Assembly (NCBI GenBank): GCA_951406725.2
Contig: OX597827.1
Coordinates: 68,510,001 to 68,574,000, forward strand
Direction: 5' to 3'
From: Octopus vulgaris
Lineage: Eukaryota
DNA: 64,000 bases
A program made the translations under genes and the position numbers. This document shows positions 42,706 through 57,214 of the stretch, piece by piece. Each line of letters opens with the position of its first letter. Position 1 is the stretch's first letter. The notes beneath the pieces are model-generated. The model searched no databases and was not told the origin of the DNA. It saw only the letters and a program-made list of their open reading frames with translations.

Positions 42706-43489
42706 AACTCATTTAGCCTTTTATTCTGGATGGCGGTAGTTTGGGAGTTTCAGATTTTGAGCACCGAATAAGAGAGAGAATTTCTTGTTGATTGACAAAA
42801 ATAATTATTCTAAAACAGAAATTATATGGCGATAAAATTCTGAGCGCTTTCTGGAATCATTTCCGGCGTTTGTTTTATTCGAAAAATATTGCAGACTCTG
42901 GTGGTTTGTCGGATTTCGGAATTTCTGATTAAGGATTATTAACTTCATGTAAAGCTAATAATAAAGATGGTTATTGTTGTTGTTGTTGGTGGTGGTGGTG
43001 GTGGGGGTGGTGTCATGCTGTTGTTTAGCCCTGAGTCAACCCTGATCGACTCGACCAGGACAATCCCTGTATACAGGATTATATGAGCCATTGTGCTTTA
43101 CTCCATCGAAGACGATAAGGCATGATTCGAATAAGATTTGACTGCTGTTTTGAGAAGATCAAGCAGAGCACATATGAACATCGTTCGTTTGCGTATTGTT
43201 TTTCATGATGATGATGATGATGGTGTTGTTGTCCTTGCAGGTGTTGCTGTTGTCACTTATTCCAAGCCCGACTAAACAATTTTATATTCAAAACCATTCC
43301 ACCCTCGACCATCTGGTTTTTTTTTTCCTATGTGTAGGGAACCCAAGACAACAGTTTTGTTTCTAAGTCGGTAGCGGACGATTTAAGAGAAATTGACTGC
43401 TATTTCTAGAAGACGCAACGACCACCGAGCAACAGCTCTCATGCTAAAAAGTGATCATGGCGCTGGTGTTAGGTGGATGTGATCATGGG

Positions 43490-44280
43490 TGGGGCAGAGA
43501 CGGTGGTGTTGGTGGAGGTGCTGATGGTGGTGGTGATGGTGGTAGTGGTAATGGTAAGGGTGGTGGATGTTGATGGTAATGGTAATAGTGGTGGTGGTGA
43601 TGGTGGTAGTGGTGGTGGTGATGGATGGTGATAATAAAGGCCATGGTGGTGGTGGTAGCGGTGGTGGTGGTGGTGGTGGTAGTGGTGGTGGTGGTGGTGG
43701 TGGTGGTGGATGGTAATAATAGAGGTGGTGGTGGTATTGATGGTGGTCGCGGTGGTGATGATGGATGGTGATAATAGAGGTGTTGGTGGTGGTGGTGGTG
43801 GTGGTGGTGGATGGTGATAATAGCGGTGGTGGTGGTGGTGGTGGTGATGGTAATGGTGTTTGATAGTGATGATGGTAATGATGATAGCGATGGTGATGAT
43901 GATGATGATGATGATATGATGATGATGGTGGTGGTGGTTTTGGTGGTGGTGGTTGTGGTGGTGGTTGTGGTGGTGGTGGTGGTGGTGGTGTGTTTTGGTG
44001 GTGGTGGTGGTGTGGTGGTGGTTGTGGTGGTGGTGGTGGTGGTTTTGGTGGTGGTGGTGGTGGTGGTGGTGGTGGTGGTGGATGGTGATAATAGCGGTAA
44101 TGGTGGTGGTGGTGGTGGTGGTGGTGGTAGTGGTGATGGTGGTGGTGGTGGTGGTTTTGGTATTGGTGGTGGTGGATTGGTTTTGGTGGTGGTGGTGGTG
44201 ATAGTGGTAGAGGTGATGGTGGTGGTGGTGATGAATGGTGATGGATGGTGATAATAGTGGTGGTGGTGGTGGTGGTGGTG
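43490..44280. repeat. (GGT)n/(GAT)n trinucleotide field (similar fields at ~29645-30020, 30243-30400 and 54760-55070)
   Basis: Direct reading. Confidence 0.9.
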
Positions 44281-44643
44281 AATTGTGTTGATGGTACGGA
44301 TCAATTCTATTTCAGAGTAAGTAAATTGTTTATGAAAGCATATTACTCCTGTTACTTCCTTGGTGGCCCACGGTCGGTAGGTCCGTATATTATGCCTAGT
44401 AATGGAGGGAGAAAAGACGTACAAAGGCAAGACAGAGAGACAGACAGACAGACAGACAGCAGAAGTCATACTAACAGACAGAGTAATATATATATAGAGA
44501 AAGGGTGACAAAAAGAAAGTGAAAGAAAATTAATGATATAAGTGGATAGGCAGATAGGTAGGTAAGTAGGTATATAGACAGACAGACAGACAAATAGACA
44601 CACACACACACAGATGCACAGACAGACAGACAGACAGACAGAC

Positions 44644-44719
<76 letters not shown>

Positions 44720-44720
44720 C

Positions 44721-44931
44721 AGTTTCTTTATTGGCCACACAGGGCTGCACACAGATGGGACAAGTTACAAGGTAGAGCTTTTCTTTTGGGGGATGAAAAA
44801 AAACAAAAAACAAAAGAAACAAAAAAAGGGGGGGGTGGCGTAGGTTTTCGATCAAGAGGGATCGTAAAAAGGAAGAAAAGAACAAAAAAAATTTTTTTTA
44901 AATAAAATAAAATAAAATATAAAATAAAAAT

Positions 44932-44935
<4 letters not shown>
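44721..44935 (-). mobile_element. Retroelement 3' tail (family D) within (GATA)n
   Basis: AATAAA terminus then (TATC)n; GATA repeats on both sides. Confidence 0.75.
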
Positions 44936-45000
<65 letters not shown>

Positions 45001-45060
45001 GACAGACAGACAGACAGACAGATAGGTAGATCGATAGAGAGAGAGAGAGGGAGAGAGAGG

Positions 45061-45103
<43 letters not shown>

Positions 45104-45370
45104 GGACAGACGGACGGATGGATGGATGGATAGACAGACAGGCAGGCAGACAGATAGACGGACATTCCCTCTTATCCGATGCGCAAAAGACTGGAACTCT
45201 TAAGCGACCGGCATCCTAAAAAAAAAAAAAATGAGTTGTTAAATAGTCATGAGAATTTGTGCTAATTTGTGTTAATTAATCGTCATTAAAAGAAAGTTTC
45301 TATTATTTCTAAAACAGATCATTGCTTCTCAAAGTGTAGTATTGTATTTTAATTAGATAGATAGATAGAT

Positions 45371-45632
45371 AAGTTTCTTTATTGGCCACACAGGGCTGCA
45401 CACAGATGGGACAAGTTACAAGGTAGAGCTTTTCTTTTGGGGAATGAAAAAAAAAAAAAAAAAAAAGGTGGCGTAGGTTTTCGATCAAAAGGGATCGTAA
45501 AAGGGAAAAAAAAGGAAAAGAAAAAAAGAAAAAGGGAAAAGAACAAAAGAAAAGAAAATGAAAAAAGAAGAAAAAAAGAGGGTAAAAAGGGGAAGAGGAA
45601 AAAAAACGATCAATAGGGATCGTGCATCACAG
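45371..45632 (-). mobile_element. Retroelement 3' tail (family D) within (GATA)n
   Basis: As for 44721, longer copy. Confidence 0.75.
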
Positions 45633-45688
<56 letters not shown>

Positions 45689-46028
45689 ATACACAGACCC
45701 AGAAACTGACAGACACGCACATACACGCACGCACATACACACACACATACAAACGCGTGCACACAGGATGAAGCGTGAAATAAGGTCAAAACAGCAAGCT
45801 AGGAAAAATAATACAAAATGAAGAATAAAATTTGAAAATAATTTCCGGAAATAACAAACTGCCAACTTTCCTTTCCTACAATCTTTGTCTAAAAGACAGT
45901 TTTACGAAGGCAAGAAAAGGAATTTAACATTTTACCTTTCCTTAGTCCATCTTCACCTTTCACTTCGGTTTTCTCACTCCATTTTTTTATTCAAACACTT
46001 TTTCATCTGTAGATTATCTATCTATCAT

Positions 46029-46087
<59 letters not shown>

Positions 46088-46164
46088 GTCTGTCTATCTA
46101 TCTATCTGTCTTTCTATCTATCTGTCTATCTATCTGTCTTTCTATCTATCTGTCTATCTATCTG

Positions 46165-46219
<55 letters not shown>

Positions 46220-46292
46220 GTCTGTCTGTCTATCTATCTGTCTGTCTATCTATCTGTCTATCTATCTGTCTTTCTATCTATCTATCTATCTG

Positions 46293-46758
<466 letters not shown>

Positions 46759-46847
46759 ATAATAATTATAATTTGAGGGAATATTATTCCCAACTTACAG
46801 GGAACACTTCAATTTAGAAATACTAAACCAAATTTCACAAAATATAA

Positions 46848-46975
46848 TCTCTATATATATAAAACTGAGAATGTGTGTCTGTCTGTCTGTGTGTTTCCCT
46901 AAAACTTGAGAACTACACAACCAATTTCGTTCAAATTTTATACATGCCTTACTTAGGGTTTAGGAGTGTCATGGG
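46848..46975 (+). mobile_element. 5' fragment of another Helitron-like family
   Basis: A|TCTCTATATATATAAAA, (GTCT)n, then CCAATTTCGTTCAAATTT. Confidence 0.55.
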
Positions 46976-47043
46976 CTCGCTCTGGGCGGCATTGAGGCGA
47001 CTGTACACAGCTTCAGGCCCACAGTCGACGCTATGGGTACATT

Positions 47044-48410
47044 GAGGGTACAGTCCCTCAGAATATGCGGGATGCTAACATCATTACGCTTTACAAAAGT
47101 AAAGGTGACCGTGATGATTGTAACAATTACCGTGGAATATCTCTTCTAAGCACTGTTGGAAAGGCCTCCGCTCACATTATCCTGTCCAGGCTGCAACTAA
47201 TTGCTTCTCGAATTTATCCAGAATCGCAGTGTGGCTTTAGAAAACGTAGATCAACTATTGACATGATATTCTCCATACGCTAACTTCAGGAGAAGTCCAG
47301 AGAGCAGAAAATGCCATTATATATGGCCTTCATTGATCTGACAAAGGCCTTTGACATGGTAAGTAGAAAAGGCCTCTTCATCCTGCTCCAAAAAATCGGA
47401 TGTCCACCAAAGCTGCTGAGGATCATCAAATCTTTCCATGCTGATATGCAAGGCACCATACAGCACAATGGTTCAACATCAGCCGCCTTCCAAATAAAAA
47501 ATGGAGTAAAGCAGGGTTGTGTCCTTGCTCCTACATTATTTGGCATCTTCTTCTCGCTGCTGCTGTCACATGCCTTTGGGACATCAGACGATGGACTGTT
47601 TCTGCACAGTAGAAGTGATGGGAAACTGTTCAATCTCTCGCGTCTGCGTGCCAAGACCAAAATCAGAAGCGTCCTGATCAAGGAGATGCTATTTGCTGCT
47701 GCTGCTGCTCTGGTATCACACACAGAAGAATCCATACGAAGGCTCATCAACTGTTTTGAGAAAGCATTTGGCAACTTTGGCTTAGTTATCAGCCTCAAGA
47801 AGACCAACATCATGGGTCAGGCTACATCGGACATACCAAACATACCTATTGGAGACCACAGAGTACAGGAGGTGGAGAAGTTTACCTATCTTGGCTCTAC
47901 CGTCACCTACAACTTATCCCTTGATGCTGAGCTCAATATACGCATTGGCAAGGCACCTGCTGTGATGGCCCAACTCACCAAACGCGCATTGGACAACAAT
48001 AAGCTGACCAAGACCACAAAAATGAAGATTTACCAGGCATGTGTACTTAGCACTCTACTGTATGGAAGTTAGACTTGGACGCCATACACACGCCATACGA
48101 CGCCATACGTCGGCTAAATATCTTTCACCTGCACTGCCTCCGGAAAATCCTTCGCATCAAATGGCAGAATCATGTCCCCAACAAAGATGTCCTCAAGCAA
48201 GCAGGAATACCAAACATGTTTGCACTCCTCACACAAAGACGTATGAGATGGCTTGGACATGTTTGCCGTATGGAAGATGGCAGAATCCCTAAGGACATAC
48301 TCAACGGAGAGCTTGCTAGGGGCACTAGGTCTGTGGGAAGACCGTTCTTATCGATACAAGGATGTTTGCAAAAGGGACATGAATGCCTGCAACATCAATA
48401 TTACCAACTG
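47044..48410 (+). pseudogene. RTE-clade (BovB-like) LINE reverse transcriptase, disrupted
   Basis: NYRGISLLS, PESQCGFR, AFIDLTKAFD, GVKQGCVLAPTLF, FTYLGS and RWLGHVCRM motifs; stops at 47281 and 48070, frameshifts, FADD replaced by FAAA. Confidence 0.92.
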
Positions 48411-48829
48411 CACATTACTTAATCATCGGTATATAATTTTTTAACTTATATTTAATATTTCTATTATATGTAATTTTCTAGATGGTGTAATTTATTTTTT
48501 TTATTTTGAATTAATTAAAGGTAGTTTTTTTTCTAATTTATATATATATATATTTATTTATTTATATATATATATCTTTATCTACGTATCTACCTAACTG
48601 TCTATCTATCTGTCTATCTGCATTTGTCTGTTTATCTATCCGTCTACCTATCTGTCTATCTATCTATCAACATAATGCGTTATAGCTATAACGGCTAGAT
48701 AACAGTAATTTCTCTTCTCCTTTTAGAACTACCCCACTTACTCAGACCGTTATCATTTATAAGTAGTGGTCCAGTCCATTCTCGCCAAGGGGCGTAGTAC
48801 TCTCGCACAACAGATATACAGGAGCTGGA

Positions 48830-49085
48830 CGAGAACGTCGGTCTGCGCGCATCTCGTCGGGCTGATGGCATTTTCATGTCTGTAGAGTTCATCTCGAACC
48901 GGTAATACCTCCTCCCCCACCCCGTCCTGTAGCACTTCCTGGCCAAGGATTTCTGGAAATTATCCATAGGCTCCGGCCCAAAAGATCTCCGTAACAGAGC
49001 AGATATATAATTCTCGTCAATGCCCTGAATCTCTCCAAAAATTTTGTCGCACTTGCCCGCCACCAAACCCTCTACAGAACTCTGT
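48830..49085 (-). pseudogene. Tx1/L1-like LINE fragment
   Basis: GLVAGKCD...IDEN..SAL.RRSFG..PMDNFQKSLA.KCY / LPVRDELYRH aligns with 27870-28090. Confidence 0.7.
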
Positions 49086-49583
49086 AAAAATAAAAAATTT
49101 AAAAAAAAACGAAATGATCACGGATATGACGATTGTGATCACAGGTCTGCCCTTTCAAGGCTGACCGGGGGTTAAAAAGCAACGACAGCACCAATAAATT
49201 TTTTGTGAACTTAGGCCTAATTTAGAACCAATTATTTTGATTTATGGCTTAAAATAACGGAAGTTCATGTCCTATATTCCTGAATTTCCTTCATACGACT
49301 TTATTTCGTTTGTTCACACCTTCCCATTCTTCTTTCTTCCTTCACTCTTTCTCTCTTCTTTCTTTCTTTCTTTTTTCTTTCTTTGTTCCTTCCTTTCTTC
49401 CTTTCTCTCATCCTCTCTTCCTTTCTTTCTTTCCTTCTTTCTTTCTTTTCTTTCCCTTTTCATCTTTGGCTACTTTTCGCTTGGCTTTCTTTTAATACAA
49501 CCGTTTTGTTTTATGTGCCTTTAATTTAGATGACTTTCACTCTCCGCATGCATGCATACATACATACATACATACATACGTAC

Positions 49584-49614
<31 letters not shown>

Positions 49615-49659
49615 CATACATACATACATACATACATACATACATACATACATACATAC

Positions 49660-49775
49660 AACTAAAAATACTGTTCTTGATGTCGAAATTCCAATGAAGG
49701 AGCCTTGGATCTAGGTTAGAAACCGGCTCTTTCTCTATTGGCAAGAAATCCTGAAATAAAACTGAATGATGACAT
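49660..49775 (-). mobile_element. Family E segment within (CATA)n
   Basis: Reverse complement of ~11878-11985. Confidence 0.7.
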
Positions 49776-50078
49776 ACATATATACATACATACATACATG
49801 GGATATATACATACATACATACATTCATACATACATACGTATGTACACCTACATACATACATACAAACATGCATACAGAGATACATACATACATACATAC
49901 ATACACACACATACACACGGTACAGTTAAGATTAACAAAAACGTTTCAGAGATTTTCAACGTGAGGGTTTCGCATGCTAAAAATATGGGAAATGTGTAAA
50001 ATGTATCAGGGACTAACCGCACTCCATGTGAATTTCCTGGACCAAACATACACACGCATCCACATATAAATGTTGAAT

Positions 50079-50723
<645 letters not shown>

Positions 50724-50741
50724 GTATATATATATATATAT

Positions 50742-50808
<67 letters not shown>

Positions 50809-50812
50809 TATA

Positions 50813-51171
50813 TATATTATATAAAATCCGTTCTGTTTGTGTGTGTGTGTGAGTATGAGAGAGTGTGTGTGTCTTCTCGGATCTCGGGCATCCTCCATCC
50901 GATTGCGCTCAAATTGATATGTAGATACCGATGGTATCAGGGTGTGTATAAGTCTTGAAAATATTACAAAAATCGATTCCAGGTGAGAATGAGATTGACA
51001 AAGCCGTGGGAAATCGTTTATTTCTACTTTTGCTGGTGTCTCGAATTTTGGTTAAATCAGTATTTCTCCAAGGGGAGGCCTATGGGACGGTTGGACAAGT
51101 TGTTTTGAGAAAAATTGGTTTAAATGTTTGACAACTTAGCACCGTCCATTGGGCGGGGGTCGTTTTGCTCG
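50813..51171 (+). mobile_element. Non-autonomous Helitron-like element H2, near full length, within (TA)n
   Basis: 5' block homologous to 805-955; 3' hairpin CCGTCC-ATT-GGGCGG followed by CTCG|T (CTAG variant). Confidence 0.65.
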
Positions 51172-51185
51172 TTTATATATATATT

Positions 51186-51259
<74 letters not shown>

Positions 51260-51271
51260 TATATGTATGTA

Positions 51272-51302
<31 letters not shown>

Positions 51303-51411
51303 ATATATATATATACGACAATACAGGATATGAAAATGTTGTACTCTAATACGTTCTTAACGGAATACGGAATACGGAATACACCTCAACTATATATATG
51401 TGTGTGTGTGT

Positions 51412-51615
51412 GAATCGTTGGCGATTATATTTCTCCCGTCTTCATTTTCTATTGGACTTTCTATTGGAGTTTCTTCCGTTTCCTGTTCCTGAAGAAGAGC
51501 CTTGCTCGAAACGTTAAACCAGCTTTCTTTCCTTCGCTGAGCGCCTGCTAATACTTTACATGTACCACGTCTTTGCGTTCTTGTGTTTGTTCTTCGTTTT
51601 TGGGGAATGAATTTA

Positions 51616-51618
<3 letters not shown>
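51412..51618 (+). mobile_element. Short non-coding PLE-like element with compact hammerhead-like motif (51483-51522)
   Basis: CTGTTC-CTGAAGA-A-GAGC-CTT-GCTC-GAA-ACGT-T-AAACCAG; homologous to 33650-33840. Confidence 0.65.
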
Positions 51619-51676
<58 letters not shown>

Positions 51677-51984
51677 CACACACACATAAATCCATAGTGA
51701 ATCTACCTACCAATAATCACTTTGACTTATCTAACACTTATCTGAGAAGTGAAATTTACTCTGGCCTCAACATGACCTCCACGTCACCTCATCATATTAC
51801 TTATATATATTTGTCTATGTATTTTTTTTTATCTTAGCATTCTTCCTTTTCTTTTCTTTTTCTTTTTCTTTTTTTTCCTAATTTTTGGGTTTCCTAAAAT
51901 TTTTCACTTTCACAATAATTTCCGTTTGTTTTCTTTTAGATAATGATGGCGTCGATTGCGATGATAGTGATGAAGATGATGGCG

Positions 51985-52039
<55 letters not shown>

Positions 52040-52097
52040 ACATCATCATCTTCACTTCATTTATCAACGTAATCTTCGTGTCGCTATCATATTTATC

Positions 52098-52171
<74 letters not shown>

Positions 52172-52173
52172 AA

Positions 52174-52205
<32 letters not shown>

Positions 52206-52609
52206 GAATCTATATTTTTCTTGTATATTTATTCTGTGGTGTGAAATATATGAGGTGAGATAAGATATTGGATATCAACAGCATGACAAGGTGAAAAGAG
52301 AACGACAGAGTAAGTGAGAGACAGACTGACAGGCAGACGGACAGACAGACAGAGAGAGAGAGAGAGAGAGAGAGATGGTGAGGAAGAAGAAGTGTGCGTG
52401 AGAGAGTGGTGGGGAGAGAGTGACAGACAGACAGAGAATAATGAATAGGTGAGACAAGCAATGAAGATGCTATTGAAGTAATGCGTAGAGATTGGGATGG
52501 TGAGGGAAAGGGTTATTGAAGAGGAAGTCAAGAATGGAAGAGCTATATATAAATACATACATATATATATGTGTGTGTGTCTATGTGTGTGTATATATAT
52601 ATAAAAACG

Positions 52610-53142
52610 TCGCCCTTTTCAAGCCTAGCCAGGCTCATGGGCCCGGTTTCCCGGTTTCTGTGGCGTATGTGTTCCTCCCAGCTGGACGGGACGCCAGTCC
52701 ATCACAGCGTTACTCAAGAAACAGGAAGAGAGAGTGGGAGAAAGTTGTGGCGAAAGAGTACAACAGGGGTCACTACCACCCCCTGCCGGAGCCTTGTGGA
52801 GCTTTTAGGTGTTTTCGCTCAATAAACACACACAACGCCCGGTCTGGGAATCGAAACTGCGATCCTCCGACCTCGAGTTCGCTGCCCTAACCAATGGGCC
52901 ATTGTTTGTTCCTATTTCGAGCCATGCCTGGCTCGTTAGGGCCGGTTTCTCGGTTTTCTTGGCGTATAGGTTCCCCACCTGGACGGGATGCCGGTCCGTC
53001 GCCGGTAAGCTGCAAGATCCAGTATGAAAGAGTGAGAGAAAGTTGTGGTGAAAGAGTCAGCAGAAGTCCGCTATTACCTTCTGCCGGAGCCGCGTGGAGC
53101 TTAGGTGTTTCGCTCATAAACACACACATCGCCCGGTCTGAG
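52610..53142 (-). mobile_element. Two adjacent SINE family C copies
   Basis: 52610-52902 and 52903-53142 are homologous to the 6536 and 33975 copies. Confidence 0.85.
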
Positions 53143-53497
53143 GTCAAGTAAGTCAGCGTCGATTAAGCGACGCCAAATAAGCGGCGCAAAAACGACTTTG
53201 CCATAAGGTTTCATACTCCTTATTCGAGACCCATATTACAGAGCATCTGGTTGCTCTTAAGTGAAACATTTAAAGACAAACATAATAAGAGGAATCGGTA
53301 TTATTATGTATAGGAATGAATGTCACACCTGTATGTGTATATCATTTGACGTGCTGCGCAGATTACGTGGATTATTGTATAGAAATTGGGAAGACGTGTG
53401 AATGTCGTATATGTGTCATTGTGTGTCAACGTATCAACAAGTATCTGTACTTATAGACTTCAGTACATTCTATATACATACTTGTATATATACGTGC

Positions 53498-53542
<45 letters not shown>

Positions 53543-53832
53543 TGTTTATATTTATCAACTTGGTTTTATATCGGTATATACACGCACGTACACACGCGCG
53601 CGCGCTTAGGTTCGTATATACCCACGTGTTTGCTTATATACTGATTAATTGTATGCTTTGGAATCAACACATATTTACCCAACACTTATATGCGTATGTG
53701 TGTATGTATACATGTGTATGTATATGTGTGTGTGTGTGCGCCCGCGTGTTTGAAATTACTGAGGTGTTAGATCTCAAGACGTACATAGACGTTCGTGTAA
53801 ATACAAGCACACACACATCTCATCCTGTATAT

Positions 53833-54505
53833 TGTTTGTTCCTTCTCGAGCCATGCCTGGCTCATAAGGGCTGGTTTCCCGGTCCGTCGCGGGTGAGCTG
53901 CAAGATGCAGGAGGAAAGAGTGAGAGAAAGTTGTGGCAAAAGAGTCAGCAGAAGTTCGCCATTACCTTCTGCCGGAGCCGCACGGAACTTAGGTGTTTCG
54001 CTCATAAACACACATCGCCCGGTATTAGATTCGAACCCGCGGTCCCTCGACGGCGAGTCCGCTGCTATAACCACAAGGCCATGTGCCTCCACATCTTGTA
54101 TATTACTTACTACTAATAAATATAAAGGCGGTGAGCTGGCAGAATCGTTAGTACGCAGGGCGAAATGCTTAGAAGTATTTTGTCTACCGCAACGTTCTGA
54201 GTTCAAATTCCGCAGAGGTCGACTTTGCCTTTCATCCTTTTGGGGTCGATAAAATAAGTACCAGCTGTGTACTGAGGTCGATCCAATCGACTGGCACCTT
54301 GTCCTTATCTGTACAGTGGACTACTTATAAGGCGCTGTGTGTGGTAAGTAACTTGCTTACCAGCCACATGGTTCCGGGTTCAGTCCCACTGCGTGGCACC
54401 TTGGGCGAAGTGTTTTCTGCTATAGCCTCGGGCTGACCAAAGCATTGTGAGTGGATTTGGTAGACGGAAGCTGAAAGAAGCCTGTCTTATATATGTGTCA
54501 CCTAC

Positions 54506-54539
<34 letters not shown>

Positions 54540-54760
54540 ATGTATGTATGTATGTATGTATGTATGTGTGTGTGTGTGTGTGTTTGTGTGTCCCTGGTTG
54601 TCCCCCCAACATCGCTTGACAACCGACGCTGGTGTGTTTACGTCCCCGTAACTTAGCGGTTCAGCAAAAGAGACCGATACCATAAGTACTAGGCTTACAA
54701 AGATTAAGTCCTGGGGTCGATTTGCTCGACTAAAAGACGGTGCTCCAGCATGACCACAGC
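53833..54760. mobile_element. SINE cluster: C (-, 53833-54092), B (+, 54126-54300), A (+, 54333-54760)
   Basis: Homology to other copies in the window. Confidence 0.85.
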
Positions 54761-55503
54761 CGTGGTGGTGGTGATGGTAGTGATGGTGGTGATGGTGGTG
54801 GCGGAGATAGTAGTGACAGTGATGGTGACTGTGAAGAAGGTGTGGTGGTGGTGTTGTGAGGATAATGGTGATGATGGTGGCGGTGGTCCTTATCTTAACG
54901 ATGCTGATAGTACTGGTGGTGCTGGTGGTGCTGGTGGTGATGTTGGTGTTGGTGGTGGTTATGATGGTGGTGGTGGTGGCGGTGGTGCTGGTGCTGGTGC
55001 TGGTGGTGCTGGTGGTGGTGGTGGTGATGGTGGTGGTGGCGGTGATGATTGTGGTGGTGATGGTGATGGATGTTAATGTGTATCAAAAGAAAGGCGAAAA
55101 AGAGGAAAAGGGACAATTTCAAGGAGTGGGGGAACGAGTTTTGTCGTGTTCGATCGGAGGGGCAGGAATCGGAGTGGAGTGGTCAGGTGGAATATATATG
55201 TCTAAAGTTAATTTATGCATTGCACCGTGTCAAAATATTTGCAGACTCCCTCATAAACTAAATCCCTTCCTTCGATGATGTTTATTTAGCTTCCCTAAAG
55301 TACGCCCCACCCACTTTTCCACCGACCCCTTATTTTAATTCTGTTTTCTCTCCTCTTTGCTTCACTTCAATAAAATACCTGGAATACGCCCTTTATTTCC
55401 TTGCTCGCTTTGCTGTTGTTGTTGTTGACCTACGATACGATGGAAGAGCGGGTGGTCCCTTGGAAATATCAGCAGCAACAACAACAACAATAACAACAAT
55501 AAC

Positions 55504-55568
<65 letters not shown>

Positions 55569-55569
<1 letters not shown>

Positions 55570-57174
55570 TAAAGACAGTTCATGGATTTACCAAAGAAAT
55601 AGATATGAAATTTGGATTAGAAAAATGCGCCAAAGTAACCATGAAAAGAGGAAAACTAGTTAAGATTAACAACATCACACTAGATGAAGCAAATGAAATA
55701 AAAGAATTAGACCAAAGCCAAACTTACAAATACTTAGGAATCCATGAACTAGATAAGACACAACACACACAAATGAAAGAGAAAATAAAAAAAGAATATT
55801 ATAGACGAGTTAGATCAATACTAAACACAGAGCTCAATGCTAAAAACAAGATAATAGGTATCAACACTTTAGCTGTCCCAGTTATAAGTTACAGCTACAA
55901 TATCCTTAACTGGACACGAAATGAACTGACCAAAATAGACAGGAAAACAAGAAAAATAATGACAGGATCTAGGATGCATCACCCAAAATCTGACATAGAA
56001 AGACTATATATACAACGTATAGAAGGTGGTAGAGGCCTTATACAGCTGGAAAACTACTATAAAATAACCACCATAGGACTGCAAAAATATCTACTTCAGA
56101 AGGAAGGAAAACTGATCCAGATAGCGGCAAAACACGAGCAAAACAAAAAACTGTTCTCAGTATTTAAGGAAGCTGACAAATACAAACAAGAAATCATACC
56201 ACCTAATAAACATGAAGAAGAAGAAGAAGATGAAGAAACAACAAAAGCTATAAAAAAAATGAAATCCAAACTAAAAATAGAACAGCAACGAACCATGATA
56301 AAACGATGGCAAGAAAAGCCCCTTCATGGTAAATACTGGACTAAACTAAACGCAAAAGAAATAGACAAAGAAAAATCCCAGCAATGGTTGAGAAGCTCAG
56401 GACTCAAAGCAGAAACAGAGGGATTTTTAATTGCAGCACAAGACCAAAGCCTCCCCACCAGAAATTACCAAAAACATGTAATGAAAAGAAATATTACAAG
56501 TAACTGCAGAATATGTGGAGATGGACAAGAAACAATAAATCATATTATCTCTAGCTGCCCAGTCCTGGCTAAGAAGGAATATATTCACAGACATGACAGA
56601 GTTGGAACTTACATACATTGGAAGCTATGCCAACATTATGGAATAACAACAGAAAAAAGATGGTATAGGCACACACCAGAAAAGGTCACAGAAAACGAGA
56701 AAGCAACCATACTCTGGGATATGCCGATACACACAGATAGAGAAATTAAGGCCAACAGACCAGATATAGTTGTCAGAGACCATGAAGAAAAAAAATGCTT
56801 TCTAATTGATGTATCAGTACCGGCAGATGACAACGTGTCTCTAAAAGAAATGGAGAAACTCTCAAAATACAAAGACCTGGAAATAGAGGTAACTAGAATG
56901 TGGAATCTGAAAACAGAAACAATTCCTATCATAGTAGGTGCATTAGGCATGATAAAAAAATATTCAGACAAATACATAACAAAAACAACAGGACTTACAA
57001 ACACATATAACATACAGAAAATTGCACTACTAGGCACTGCACACATCCTACGCAGAACACTTTCCATACAATAACCATCAGAGCATCACAACAAATCACA
57101 GCACATACCCAAGGCACACAGAGCTGCGCTCGGTAGTGAAGTGAAAGCACGCTATAAAAATAAAAATAAAACTA

Positions 57175-57178
<4 letters not shown>
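55569..57178 (+). mobile_element. 5'-truncated R4/Dong-clade non-LTR retrotransposon inserted in (TAA)n
   Basis: Open frame from the junction, ~100-bp 3' UTR, (AAT)n on both sides as established for Dong elements. Confidence 0.9.
55605..57074 (+). CDS. R4/Dong ORF C-terminal part: late RT/thumb, CCHC knuckle and restriction-like endonuclease
   Basis: MKFGLEKC, YKYLG, GGRGL, AAQDQ, CRICGDGQETINHIISSCP, RHD and RPDIV..IDVSVP..KLSKY motifs; 489 aa without stops; lacks its N-terminus so probably not expressed. Confidence 0.9.
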   Translation: MKFGLEKCAKVTMKRGKLVKINNITLDEANEIKELDQSQTYKYLGIHELDKTQHTQMKEKIKKEYYRRVRSILNTELNAKNKIIGINTLAVPVISYSYNILNWTRNELTKIDRKTRKIMTGSRMHHPKSDIERLYIQRIEGGRGLIQLENYYKITTIGLQKYLLQKEGKLIQIAAKHEQNKKLFSVFKEADKYKQEIIPPNKHEEEEEDEETTKAIKKMKSKLKIEQQRTMIKRWQEKPLHGKYWTKLNAKEIDKEKSQQWLRSSGLKAETEGFLIAAQDQSLPTRNYQKHVMKRNITSNCRICGDGQETINHIISSCPVLAKKEYIHRHDRVGTYIHWKLCQHYGITTEKRWYRHTPEKVTENEKATILWDMPIHTDREIKANRPDIVVRDHEEKKCFLIDVSVPADDNVSLKEMEKLSKYKDLEIEVTRMWNLKTETIPIIVGALGMIKKYSDKYITKTTGLTNTYNIQKIALLGTAHILRRTLSIQ

Positions 57179-57205
<27 letters not shown>

Positions 57206-57214
57206 TTAATAATA

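Noticed and set aside
48678-48698. 16-bp palindrome CGTTATAGCTATAACG followed by GCTAG as a Helitron 3' end
   Set aside because: Spacing and flanking base do not fit, and there is no matching 5' end
54750-55076. Glycine-rich ORFs (also 29514-29876) resembling structural proteins
   Set aside because: Derived from (GGT)n repeats; no signal peptide, splice structure or non-repetitive domain
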